Shown here piece after piece: positions 1 through 7,950 of a stretch of DNA of 28,829 nt (its first letter is position 1; the number at the start of each line of letters is the position of its first letter). The stretch spans positions 1 through 28,829 of IMG/VR virus record IMGVR_UViG_3300011339_000177; one strand, written 5' to 3'. Under the pieces are notes generated by a model. That model saw only the letters and a list, made by a program, of their open reading frames with translations. It searched no databases and was not told the DNA's origin. Source of the DNA: a virus (Duplodnaviria; Caudoviricetes). The position numbers were made by a program, and so were the translations under genes.

Positions 1-425
1 GCCTAACCTTTCCCGCTGGTGGCCTTGGCAACCCAGCCGGTGCGGTGGTGGGTACTACCGACACGCAGACGCTCACAAATAAGACGCTGACAACGCCAAA
101 CATTGATTCGGCTCAGTTTGCTACTGTATCTGGCACTGCACCTATTTACCCTTGCCGTGCTTGGGTGAACTTCACCGGCACTGGCACTGTGGCTATTAAT
201 GCAAGTGGAAATGTATCAAGTATTACGGATAACGGTGTGGGCGATTACACAGTCAACTTTACTACTGCGATGCCTGATACAAACTATTCGATTGGCGGTA
301 TAAATGGTAGTTGGGTGCAAAATTACACCACCAGAGCAACTTCAAGTATTCGTGTAATTACGTTTAACTCAACCACAGGAGCCAACGTAGATGTTGCAAA
401 CGCTTCTATACATATCTTCCGTTGA
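1..425 (+). CDS. Tail fibre / tail-associated protein, C-terminal part (5'-truncated by window)
   Basis: Frame is open from position 3 (LTFPAGGLGNPAGAVVGTTDTQTLTNKTLT...). TQTLTNKTLT repeat and CRAWVNFTGTGTVAINASGNVSSITDNGVGDYTVNF are typical phage tail-fibre C-terminal motifs. Confidence 0.75.
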   Translation, partial: LTFPAGGLGNPAGAVVGTTDTQTLTNKTLTTPNIDSAQFATVSGTAPIYPCRAWVNFTGTGTVAINASGNVSSITDNGVGDYTVNFTTAMPDTNYSIGGINGSWVQNYTTRATSSIRVITFNSTTGANVDVANASIHIFR

Positions 426-434
426 AAGAAAACT

Positions 435-608
435 ATGCAACGAATAATTTACAAAACCACAGACGGCGGCGTGGCAGTCATCATCCCCGCAGACACCATA
501 GAAGCCTGCATGAAGGACATTCCAGAAGGCGTTGAGTACGCCATTGTGGATGCAGCAGACATCCCAGAAGACCGTACATTTCGAGGAGCATGGACATGGG
601 AATCGTAA
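435..608 (+). CDS. Small tail-fibre-associated hypothetical protein, 57 aa (absent from ORF track)
   Basis: ATG at 435, TAA at 606-608; MQRIIYKTTDGGVAVIIPADTIEACMKDIPEGVEYAIVDAADIPEDRTFRGAWTWES; fills the gap between flanking genes. Confidence 0.75.
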   Translation: MQRIIYKTTDGGVAVIIPADTIEACMKDIPEGVEYAIVDAADIPEDRTFRGAWTWES

Positions 609-820
609 TCAACATTGACAAGGCCAAGACCATTGCTCACGACATACGCCGTGCGGCTCGGTCTGCTGAGTTTGCTCCGCTAGACATTAAAGCAACCATT
701 CCATCTGAAGCAGCAGCGGCTGAAGCTGCAAGGCAAGTAATTCGGGACAAGTACGCCGTCATGCAGACAGCAATTGATGCAGCATCAACTACCGACGAGA
801 TTAAGGCTGCGATGCCATGA
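596..820 (+). CDS. Small helical tail-fibre-associated (assembly-like) protein
   Basis: GAGGAG at 583-588 favours ATG 596 (MGIVINIDKAKTIAHDIRRAARSAEFAPLD...); ATGA overlap with next gene. Confidence 0.7.
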   Translation: MGIVINIDKAKTIAHDIRRAARSAEFAPLDIKATIPSEAAAAEAARQVIRDKYAVMQTAIDAASTTDEIKAAMP

Positions 821-1050
821 ACCAGCCCGAAATTGATCCCGTAAAGTACGGGGCTTTGTACCAGAAAGTCCAAGACTACGAAAGACGGTTTGACGAGATG
901 AGCGCCAAGATTGACAAGATGGAGTCATCTATCGACAAGCTGGTCGCACTCGCAAACCAAGGCCGTGGAGGTTTTTGGATGGGCATGATCTTTGTATCTG
1001 CTTTCAGCAGCATGATGGGCTATATAAGCCACTGGCTAAATAAAAGTTGA
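817..1050 (+). CDS. Coiled-coil protein with C-terminal transmembrane helix (holin-like candidate)
   Basis: Heptad-like N-half, then QGRGGFWMGMIFVSAFSSMMGYISHWL hydrophobic stretch; coupled by ATGA overlap. Confidence 0.65.
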   Translation: MNQPEIDPVKYGALYQKVQDYERRFDEMSAKIDKMESSIDKLVALANQGRGGFWMGMIFVSAFSSMMGYISHWLNKS

Positions 1051-1172
1051 AATGGGTGATTGCTGCTATCTTGATTGCCGTACCCGCAAAGTTTGTTTGC
1101 GTAAGGTGGGCATGGACGGGGGATGTATTCGAGCGTAGGGTGTACTGTCTGGAGTGGAAAAAGGTTGAATAA
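1047..1172 (+). CDS. 41-aa small protein with hydrophobic N-terminus and Cys pair (absent from ORF track)
   Basis: TTG at 1047 overlaps upstream TGA; TAA 1170-1172 overlaps next ATG (TAATG); MKWVIAAILIAVPAKFVCVRWAWTGDVFERRVYCLEWKKVE. Confidence 0.6.
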   Translation: MKWVIAAILIAVPAKFVCVRWAWTGDVFERRVYCLEWKKVE

Positions 1173-1642
1173 TGATAGACCCGATTACAGCCTTTGCCAC
1201 AGCCCAGGCCGCTATCAAGGGGGTGCAGGCGGCGATTAAGATGGGTAAGGACATCCACGCCATTGGCGGTGAGATGATGAAGTTCTTTGAGGCCAAGGAT
1301 GTAGTCCAAAAGGCAGCGTCTAAGCCTAAGTCTAGTTTTGCACAGTCGGATACAGCGCAGGCATTTGAGGTAGTTATGCAGGCCAAGATACTTGCTGATG
1401 CTGAGAGGGAATTGAACAACTACATGGTGATGTCTGGAAATGCTGACCTTTGGCAGCAGTTGATGGTAGAGCGTAATAGGATTATCCAGCAGCGAAAGGT
1501 AGAGGAAATATTGGCAGAGAATCACGCTAGAAAGCACAAGGAAGAAGTTGAGGATTTATTAACATGGTTAGCGGCTGGTGCATTAGTAATACTCTTATTA
1601 GTTTTAATTTTTTGGTGGTTAACTATATTAATGGATAAATAA
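1172..1642 (+). CDS. Hypothetical membrane-anchored protein
   Basis: 156 aa, MIDPITAFATAQAAIKG N-terminus, strong C-terminal TM helix LLTWLAAGALVILLLVLIFWWLTILM. Confidence 0.75.
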   Translation: MIDPITAFATAQAAIKGVQAAIKMGKDIHAIGGEMMKFFEAKDVVQKAASKPKSSFAQSDTAQAFEVVMQAKILADAERELNNYMVMSGNADLWQQLMVERNRIIQQRKVEEILAENHARKHKEEVEDLLTWLAAGALVILLLVLIFWWLTILMDK

Positions 1643-1643
1643 T

Positions 1644-1883
1644 ATGACTCCTGAGTTGCAGAGATACTATGAGGACAGGTTTGATCTGTTCTCTACGCCT
1701 GGCTGGATTGACTTGATGGATGATGCCAATAGGATGTTTGAGGCACTTAACAATGTGTCTACCATAGCGGACGAAAAAAGTCTACAATTCCGCAAAGGCG
1801 AGATTTCCATCCTAACTTGGCTGATAACCTTGAAAGAGATCAGCGAACGAGCATACGAGGATTTGAATGAAAAGAATGTATGA
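1644..1883 (+). CDS. Conserved phage hypothetical protein (head gene region)
   Basis: 79 aa ORF in tight operon; ...LQFRKGEISIL... resembles small pre-scaffold proteins of podoviruses. Confidence 0.7.
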   Translation: MTPELQRYYEDRFDLFSTPGWIDLMDDANRMFEALNNVSTIADEKSLQFRKGEISILTWLITLKEISERAYEDLNEKNV

Positions 1884-2094
1884 TTTTGCCTGTGAAAACG
1901 GGCATAAGACCGAAAGATTCTGTGATTATGAGGAGCAGAGTTTTAGGTGCGAGTGCGGTGGGCTTGCTCGCCGTGTAATAAGTGCTCCGTCATTTAACCT
2001 TGAAGGTTGGTCTGGTAGCTTTCCGTCCGCTTATGGACGGTTTGAACACCGGCATACTGAGAAGTTAAAAGCGGAGCAAAAAGCCAACTCATAA
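1867..2094 (+). CDS. FmdB-family-like zinc-ribbon protein
   Basis: MYDFACENGH...CECGGLARRVISAP fits the YxYxCxxxH...CxCG...RxxSxP zinc-ribbon pattern. Confidence 0.65.
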   Translation: MKRMYDFACENGHKTERFCDYEEQSFRCECGGLARRVISAPSFNLEGWSGSFPSAYGRFEHRHTEKLKAEQKANS

Positions 2095-2137
2095 GCATTA
2101 TGCCGAGTTGAATTATCCTACAACCATTTTGGCAGGA
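2085..2137 (+). promoter_or_regulatory. Two-hairpin leader upstream of scaffold gene; second hairpin pairs the RBS
   Basis: CAACTC(2085-2090)/GAGTTG(2105-2110); TCCT(2116-2119)/AGGA(2134-2137) with inner CCA/TGG; AGGA is the likely SD for ATG 2145. Confidence 0.4.
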
Positions 2138-2144
2138 AACCGAT

Positions 2145-2876
2145 ATGTTGATTGATGAACCCACAGAGCCGCTAGGCGAACTCGAAATAGAAGAAACTAA
2201 GACTGAACTTCCTGAGAAATACAGGGCCAAAAGTTTGGAGGAAGTTGTACGAATGCACCAGGAGGCCGAAAGGCTTATCGGTAAGCAGGCCCAAGAGGTC
2301 GGCGAAGTTCGTAAGTTAGCTGACGAGTTAATCAAGCAAAACCTTAATGGGAAGTCGCAACTTATTAAAGAGGAAGAGCCTGAAGTTGACTTTTTTGAGA
2401 ATCCTCAAAAGGCAGTTCAAGGGCAGATTGATAGGCATCCTGATGTGTTAGCGGCTAGACAAGCTGGCATGGATTTCAGACGGATGCAGATTCAGCAGAA
2501 GCTGGCGCAGGATCATCCTGACTACTCCCAGGTGGTCAATGATTCGGAGTTCCATAACTGGGTGAAATCCTCACCTGTGCGATTGGGACTCTACGCAAAG
2601 GCAGATGCAGAATTTGACTATGACTCAGCGAATGAATTGTTGTCCACCTTCAAGCAACTGCGCGGCATTAAGGCTAAACAGTCAGATCAGCAAAATGATG
2701 CTATCAGGACTAAAAGTATGAAAGCGGCGCAAGTTGATGTTGGTGGTTCTGGAGAGAGTTCCAAGCGCGTCTATCGAAGGGCCGATCTGATTCGTCTGAA
2801 AATGACTGATCCACAGCGATATGAAACACTGAGCGATGAAATCATGCAGGCATACGCTGATGGTCGTGTACGATAA
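2145..2876 (+). CDS. Capsid scaffolding protein
   Basis: Directly upstream of major capsid; acidic N-terminus, PEKYRAKS..E motif, helical/coiled-coil, C-terminal AYADGRVR. Confidence 0.75.
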   Translation: MLIDEPTEPLGELEIEETKTELPEKYRAKSLEEVVRMHQEAERLIGKQAQEVGEVRKLADELIKQNLNGKSQLIKEEEPEVDFFENPQKAVQGQIDRHPDVLAARQAGMDFRRMQIQQKLAQDHPDYSQVVNDSEFHNWVKSSPVRLGLYAKADAEFDYDSANELLSTFKQLRGIKAKQSDQQNDAIRTKSMKAAQVDVGGSGESSKRVYRRADLIRLKMTDPQRYETLSDEIMQAYADGRVR

Positions 2877-2896
2877 TTTAATTTTGGAGTTTTAAC

Positions 2897-3871
2897 ATGG
2901 CAAACACTGCTTTTTCCCCTACCAACGCGGTAACCGTAACGTCAGCAGCTAACTTCATTCCAGAAATTTGGAGTGATGAAATTGTTGCTGCCTATAAGAA
3001 GAACCTTGTCCTGGCCAATTTGGTCAAGAAAATGTCATTCAAAGGCAAAAAAGGCGATACCGTTAACATCCCCAGCCCTGCCCGTGGCAATGCTTCTGCA
3101 AAGGCTGCAACCGATGCCGTTACTCTGATTGCAGAGAGCGACACCAACATTCAAGTGCTTATCAACAAGCATTATGAGTACAGCCGTTTGATCGAGGACA
3201 TTGTTGAGGTGCAAGCCCTGACTAGCCTGCGTTCTTTCTATACGGAAGATGCCGGTTATGCCTTGGCAAAGCGCATTGACACTGACCTGGTTCAATTGGG
3301 CCGTGCGTTCAATGGCGCTACCGTTGGCACTGATGACTACGCAACTGCTGCTTCTAGCACCAAAGCGTTTGTTGGCTCTGATGGAACTACTGCTTACAAC
3401 AGTTCCACTTCCAATGCAGCCTCGCTGACCGATTCAGCCATTCGCCGTACTATTCAGCGTCTGGATGACAACGACATTGCTATGGACGGACGTTTCTTCC
3501 TGATTCCTCCTTCCAGCCGCAACACGTTGATGGGTCTGGCCCGTTACACCGAGCAAGCGTTTGTTGGTAACGGTGACGCTATCCGCAATGGTGAAATTGG
3601 TCAACTGTACGGCATGGCAGTATTCGCTACTTCCCAGGCTGATACTGGTGCTGGTTCTAGCACTACTGACCGTATTTGCTTGATGGGCCACCGCGATGCG
3701 ATGGTTCTGATTGAGCAGACCGGCATCCGTTCGCAGACCCAGTACAAGCAAGAGTACCTTGGCACGTTGTTCACCGCTGATACCATTTATGGTGTCAAGG
3801 CACTGCGTACCTCGGCAACCAGCACAGCGTCTAACGCTTCTGCTGCTTTTGCTTTGGCAGTACCAGCCTAA
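2897..3871 (+). CDS. Major capsid protein (HK97 fold, P22/T7-like coat)
   Basis: 324 aa; FIPEIWSDEI, GDTVNIP, GYALAKRIDTDL, NGEIGQLYGMAV, DTIYGVKALR motifs typical of podoviral coat proteins; GGAG SD. Confidence 0.9.
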   Translation: MANTAFSPTNAVTVTSAANFIPEIWSDEIVAAYKKNLVLANLVKKMSFKGKKGDTVNIPSPARGNASAKAATDAVTLIAESDTNIQVLINKHYEYSRLIEDIVEVQALTSLRSFYTEDAGYALAKRIDTDLVQLGRAFNGATVGTDDYATAASSTKAFVGSDGTTAYNSSTSNAASLTDSAIRRTIQRLDDNDIAMDGRFFLIPPSSRNTLMGLARYTEQAFVGNGDAIRNGEIGQLYGMAVFATSQADTGAGSSTTDRICLMGHRDAMVLIEQTGIRSQTQYKQEYLGTLFTADTIYGVKALRTSATSTASNASAAFALAVPA

Positions 3872-3878
3872 TAGCATT

Positions 3879-3907
3879 CCCTCCCTCTAACAAGGGGGGG
3901 TACTTTT
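3879..3907 (+). terminator. Rho-independent terminator-like hairpin after capsid gene
   Basis: CCCTCCCT-ctaaca-AGGGGGGG stem (one G-U pair) followed by TACTTTT. Confidence 0.55.
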
Positions 3908-3928
3908 AAACTTTAGGAGGTATTTATT

Positions 3929-4252
3929 ATGGCAGCAGCAACGGCAGTAACCTCTCGCAGGGGTAATGACCAATTTCGTGGTCTGTTCTCTGATACATGG
4001 TCGGTTTCGGCAACTCTAAACGCATCATCTCTTGCTGATGGCGTTGGCGAAACTAACACCATTGCAGTACCAGGTGTGAAGCTAGGTGACATTGTGATGA
4101 ACATAAGCATGGGTGTAGATGTTTCTGGCATCAGCATTACGCCTTATGTGAGTGCAGCTGATGTAGTTTCAATTCGTTTTCAAAACGAGTCTGGCGGTAC
4201 ATTAGATTTGGCAAGCACCACTGTAAAGTGCGTGGTTGTTCGGACAGTGTAA
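3929..4252 (+). CDS. Putative capsid decoration / minor structural protein
   Basis: AGGAGG SD; beta-rich 107 aa (TIAVPGVKLGDIV..., NESGGTLDLASTT) right after the capsid gene. Confidence 0.65.
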   Translation: MAAATAVTSRRGNDQFRGLFSDTWSVSATLNASSLADGVGETNTIAVPGVKLGDIVMNISMGVDVSGISITPYVSAADVVSIRFQNESGGTLDLASTTVKCVVVRTV

Positions 4253-4254
4253 TT

Positions 4255-4283
4255 AAAGAGGGGCTAATAACCCCTCTTTTTTT
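4255..4283 (+). terminator. Rho-independent terminator
   Basis: AAAGAGGGG-ctaataa-CCCCTCTTT followed by a T tract. Confidence 0.75.
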
Positions 4284-4294
4284 GGAGTTCTAGT

Positions 4295-4507
4295 ATGGCA
4301 ATCTTTAGATGTTTACAAAGCGGGAATACCGTTACCTTTACCTACCAGCACGATATTGACTCTATGCGCGGTCATAGCGGCTATGTCCTGGTTGATGATA
4401 AGGGTGAAGATGTAAGGGTTGAGGCTCAAAATAAGGTGCTTCCAATGACTGCACCAGTTCAAGTTAAGCGTATGGGCAGGCCACCAAAAGCTAGGATGGC
4501 AGCATGA
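4295..4507 (+). CDS. Hypothetical protein with basic KRMGRPPK tail
   Basis: GGAG SD, 70 aa, AT-hook-like GRP motif at C-terminus; ATGA overlap with next gene. Confidence 0.7.
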   Translation: MAIFRCLQSGNTVTFTYQHDIDSMRGHSGYVLVDDKGEDVRVEAQNKVLPMTAPVQVKRMGRPPKARMAA

Positions 4508-4911
4508 AAGAAGGTCTTTTATCTGGTGTCGTATGCCCTATCGCTACGCAAGATGTTTCGGTTAATCTGAAAAACCGCAACCATGCGTTTGCAGATTACG
4601 GTTATGGACCACCAAATCCTGACGAGCCTAACGAGGCATTTTGGCTAAAGAAGGCCAAGATGTACAACGCTCCAACATCCACTATCAAGTCAATGCGCTG
4701 CGGTAACTGTGCAGCGTTTATCCAAACACCAAAGATGATGCAGTGCATATCTGATGGTCTGGAAAAGGACGAGGGTAAGGGAGAGTTGTCCTATGACAAG
4801 CAGTTTATTGAGGCTGCAAATCTGGGATACTGTGATCTATTCCAATTCACTTGTGCAGCGGCCCGTACTTGTGATGCGTGGAAATCTGGTGGGCCTATCA
4901 CTAAGGATTAA
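4504..4911 (+). CDS. Cys-rich protein with HiPIP-like cysteine pattern
   Basis: CGNCAAF ... GYCDLF ... AARTCDAW spacing resembles the four-Cys HiPIP motif; coding status is well supported, function tentative. Confidence 0.65.
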   Translation: MKEGLLSGVVCPIATQDVSVNLKNRNHAFADYGYGPPNPDEPNEAFWLKKAKMYNAPTSTIKSMRCGNCAAFIQTPKMMQCISDGLEKDEGKGELSYDKQFIEAANLGYCDLFQFTCAAARTCDAWKSGGPITKD

Positions 4912-4914
4912 ATC

Positions 4915-5082
4915 ATGTACGGAAAAGCACCAAAAATGGCTAATTCAAAGATGCCAAAGACAATGAAACAAAAAGCTATGCCCATGACTATCATGGTTGC
5001 CGTTAGCAAGCCAAAGAATTTGCCGGTTAGAGGTGAGCGCACTGCCACCAACATGGCAACGAAAGCCAAACGAGGAAAGTGA
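4915..5082 (+). CDS. Small Lys/Met-rich basic protein, 55 aa (absent from ORF track)
   Basis: ATG 4915, TGA 5080-5082; MYGKAPKMANSKMPKTMKQKAMPMTIMVAVSKPKNLPVRGERTATNMATKAKRGK. Confidence 0.65.
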   Translation: MYGKAPKMANSKMPKTMKQKAMPMTIMVAVSKPKNLPVRGERTATNMATKAKRGK

Positions 5083-5107
5083 TGTCAACCTCAATAAAAA
5101 AATTGGT

Positions 5108-5257
5108 ATGAAAACCAAGGCTGAAAAGAAAATTAGCAAGGTAATGCGCGAGTACAAGGCCGGTAGTTTACATTCTGGTAAGGGCGGCCCTGTAGTTAAA
5201 AATCCAAAACAGGCAGTTGCTATTGCGCTGTCACAGGCTAAGGTGAAAAAGAAATGA
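5108..5257 (+). CDS. DUF6496-like small basic protein
   Basis: MKTKAEKKISKVMREYKAGSLHSGKGGPVVKNPKQAVAIALSQAKVKKK; KVMxExKxGxLHSG..KQAxAIALS is the DUF6496-type signature; true start 5108, not 4997. Confidence 0.75.
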   Translation: MKTKAEKKISKVMREYKAGSLHSGKGGPVVKNPKQAVAIALSQAKVKKK

Positions 5258-5418
5258 AGCCTGGACTCTATGCCAACATCAATGCCAAACAAGCGCGTAT
5301 CGCGGCTGGCTCTGGTGAGAAGATGAATAAGGTTGGGTCTAAGGCCGCGCCTTCTGCTGCTGACTTTAAACAGGCCGCAAAAACTGCAAAGAAACCCAAA
5401 AAGGCGAAGGCAAAATGA
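5254..5418 (+). CDS. Small Lys/Ala-rich basic protein, 54 aa (absent from ORF track)
   Basis: ATGA overlaps at both ends; MKPGLYANINAKQARIAAGSGEKMNKVGSKAAPSAADFKQAAKTAKKPKKAKAK. Confidence 0.75.
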   Translation: MKPGLYANINAKQARIAAGSGEKMNKVGSKAAPSAADFKQAAKTAKKPKKAKAK

Positions 5419-5750
5419 GAGCATTATCGGTTGGCGTTAGTCCCACAGCGGCAGTAGATACCACAGTCTATACCTGCCCTACGGGTTATTACGCCAAATT
5501 TACTGTGATGTATATACACAATACAGGTGGCTCTACCAAGCATATTACTGTCCAATGGTTTGATGCAAGTGCCAATACCACCCTTGATATATTGACTGCC
5601 TATGACTTTACTTCAAAATCTTATTTGCAGTTTGATGAAAATGCCTACATCGTTTTAGAAGAAGGCGATAAGTTAAAAATTACAACACAAGCGGCAAGCA
5701 CATTCAGTTTTATAGCAACATTTGAAGAAGAAGGGTTGACTCGATCATGA
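5415..5750 (+). CDS. Hypothetical beta-rich structural protein
   Basis: 111 aa, TTVYTCPTG...IVLEEGDKLKI pattern common in phage virion proteins; ATGA overlaps. Confidence 0.7.
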   Translation: MRALSVGVSPTAAVDTTVYTCPTGYYAKFTVMYIHNTGGSTKHITVQWFDASANTTLDILTAYDFTSKSYLQFDENAYIVLEEGDKLKITTQAASTFSFIATFEEEGLTRS

Positions 5751-6394
5751 CCTATTTAGAACTGATTAACGATGTGTTGATTCGGTTGCGTGAAACTACC
5801 GTATCCACTAATGCAGAAACTACCTATTCAACGCTCATTGGCAAGTTTGTCAATGATGCCAAACGCCAGGTTGAGGATGCGTTTAGCTGGAACGTATTGG
5901 GTCAGAATATTACTTTGACAACGGTAGGAAATACCTACAGCTACAGCCTTACTGGTGCAGGCCAGAAGTTCCAAGTTATGGATGCCATCAACACTACGTC
6001 AAACGTAGGAATGCAAAACATCAGTTTTGTGCAGATGAATAGGTTTCAAAATCTTGTACCAGTTGCAACTGGAATCCCAGAATACTATGCGTTTGATGGA
6101 GTTGACGCTAATGGTGATACTAAGGTAAGCCTGTACTCGCGTCCTGATGGCGTTTACACAGTTATTTTCTCCCTGACTATCCCGCAGGCAACATTGGCAT
6201 CTGACGCGACATCAATCCTAGTGCCTGACTTCCTAGTGGCGCAGAACGCATACGCAAGGGCATTGGTTGAGCGTGGCGAGGATGGTGGTCTATCGTCCTC
6301 TGAAGCCTACCAACTCTACAAATCAATGCTGTCTGACTACATTGCCTTGGAGGGTACTCGATACCCCGAAAATCAGGAGTTTGTTGCGATATGA
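5747..6394 (+). CDS. Head-tail connector / tail tubular protein A-like
   Basis: MTYLELINDVLIRLRE N-terminal helix, FVNDAKRQVE..FSW, position before the hub gene. Confidence 0.7.
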   Translation: MTYLELINDVLIRLRETTVSTNAETTYSTLIGKFVNDAKRQVEDAFSWNVLGQNITLTTVGNTYSYSLTGAGQKFQVMDAINTTSNVGMQNISFVQMNRFQNLVPVATGIPEYYAFDGVDANGDTKVSLYSRPDGVYTVIFSLTIPQATLASDATSILVPDFLVAQNAYARALVERGEDGGLSSSEAYQLYKSMLSDYIALEGTRYPENQEFVAI

Positions 6395-7950
6395 GCCAAG
6401 CACTGCAAACTGCGAGTGTTCAAGCACCAGGCTTCTACGGGCTGAACACGCAAGACTCTCCACTGGACTTGTCTAGCGGGTTTGCTTTGGTTGCGACTAA
6501 CTGCGTGATTGACCAGTACGGACGTATTGGCGCTAGGAATGGCTGGTCCAGGATCAATGCTTCATCAGGAAACCTCGGCGCTAATGATGTTGGCGTTGTC
6601 CATGAGTTAGTGCAACCTGATGGGACCATCACTGTTCTATTTGCTGGCAACAACAAACTCTTCAAGTTAAGCAGCACCAACACGGTTACCGAGTTAACGT
6701 ATGGCGGTGGAGGCACTGGGCCTACGATTACCGCTAATAACTGGTCATGCGCCTCCCTTAACGGCATAACCTACTTCTTCCAAACTGGGTACGATCCATT
6801 GATCTATGACCCAGCAGTAAGTACAACAACCTATAGGCGTGTTAGTGAGAAAACCGGCTATGTTGGAACGGTCCCAAGTGGAGATATTGTTATCTCAGCG
6901 TTTGGACGTTTGTGGGTTGCTAATACCGCATCCATAAAGAGCACAGTCTATTTTTCTGATCTGTTGTCTGGTCATGTATGGTCAACAGGGACATCTGGCT
7001 CCTTGAACGTGGACAGGGTTTGGACTAATGGAGCCGATGAGATCACCGGCCTGGCAACGCATAACGGTTCGTTAATCATCTTTGGCAAGCGTCAAATCTT
7101 GGTGTACGCAAATGCAACAACACCATCAACAATGTCACTGACTGACGCTGTTGGAGGTATCGGCTGCACTGCAAGGGATACGATCCAATCTACGGGCAAA
7201 GACATCCTTTTCCTGTCTAATTCTGGCGTTAGATCGTTTGCTAGGACAATCATTGAGAAGTCAGCACCACTAGGCGATCTATCCAAGAATGTCCGCAATG
7301 ACCTGATGGCATCACTTGCAAGCGAAACACTTGCTAACGTCAAATCAGTGTATTCCGAAAAGGAAGCGTTCTATTTGCTTACACTGCCATCCACCAAGCA
7401 AGTCTATTGCTTTGATACGAGGGTGCAGTTGCAGGATGGATCGTTTAGGGTAACTGTCTGGGACTCGATTGAGCCTACCGCTTTGCTATATCGGCGCAAT
7501 GGTGACCTGGTTATAGGTAAGAACGGGTATTTGGGTAAGTACGAGAACTATCAGGACTACACCTCAACCTACCGATTGATGTATTACACCAATCATTCTG
7601 ACTTGGGCGCTCAAAATGCCACTTCAGTGTTGAAGAAGTTAAAGACTGTGGTGATTGGTGGGTCAAACCAGTTTGTCACCATGAAATGGGCGTTTGATTT
7701 CACGGCAAACTATTTGTCTAGTAATGTCTCAATTCCAACGCAAAGCGTTAGTGAATACGGGATTGCTGAATACGGAGCAAATGCCACGGTTGTCGCTAAA
7801 TATTCTGATGGTGTTGCTTTGCAAACTCTAGTCACGCAAGCCAGTGGCGCGGGTAAAATTGTCCAAACTGGATACGAATCAACCATAAATGGTAACCCGT
7901 TGTCAATTCAGAGGATAGAAATCCAATTCAAGGATGGGAAGCAAACATGA
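6391..7950 (+). CDS. Tail hub / packaged-DNA stabilisation protein (P22 gp10 / T7 gp12-like)
   Basis: 519 aa, PGFYGLNTQDSP start, beta-propeller-like repeats (GRLWVA, GSLIIFGK, GIGC, DILFLS). Confidence 0.75.
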   Translation: MSQALQTASVQAPGFYGLNTQDSPLDLSSGFALVATNCVIDQYGRIGARNGWSRINASSGNLGANDVGVVHELVQPDGTITVLFAGNNKLFKLSSTNTVTELTYGGGGTGPTITANNWSCASLNGITYFFQTGYDPLIYDPAVSTTTYRRVSEKTGYVGTVPSGDIVISAFGRLWVANTASIKSTVYFSDLLSGHVWSTGTSGSLNVDRVWTNGADEITGLATHNGSLIIFGKRQILVYANATTPSTMSLTDAVGGIGCTARDTIQSTGKDILFLSNSGVRSFARTIIEKSAPLGDLSKNVRNDLMASLASETLANVKSVYSEKEAFYLLTLPSTKQVYCFDTRVQLQDGSFRVTVWDSIEPTALLYRRNGDLVIGKNGYLGKYENYQDYTSTYRLMYYTNHSDLGAQNATSVLKKLKTVVIGGSNQFVTMKWAFDFTANYLSSNVSIPTQSVSEYGIAEYGANATVVAKYSDGVALQTLVTQASGAGKIVQTGYESTINGNPLSIQRIEIQFKDGKQT

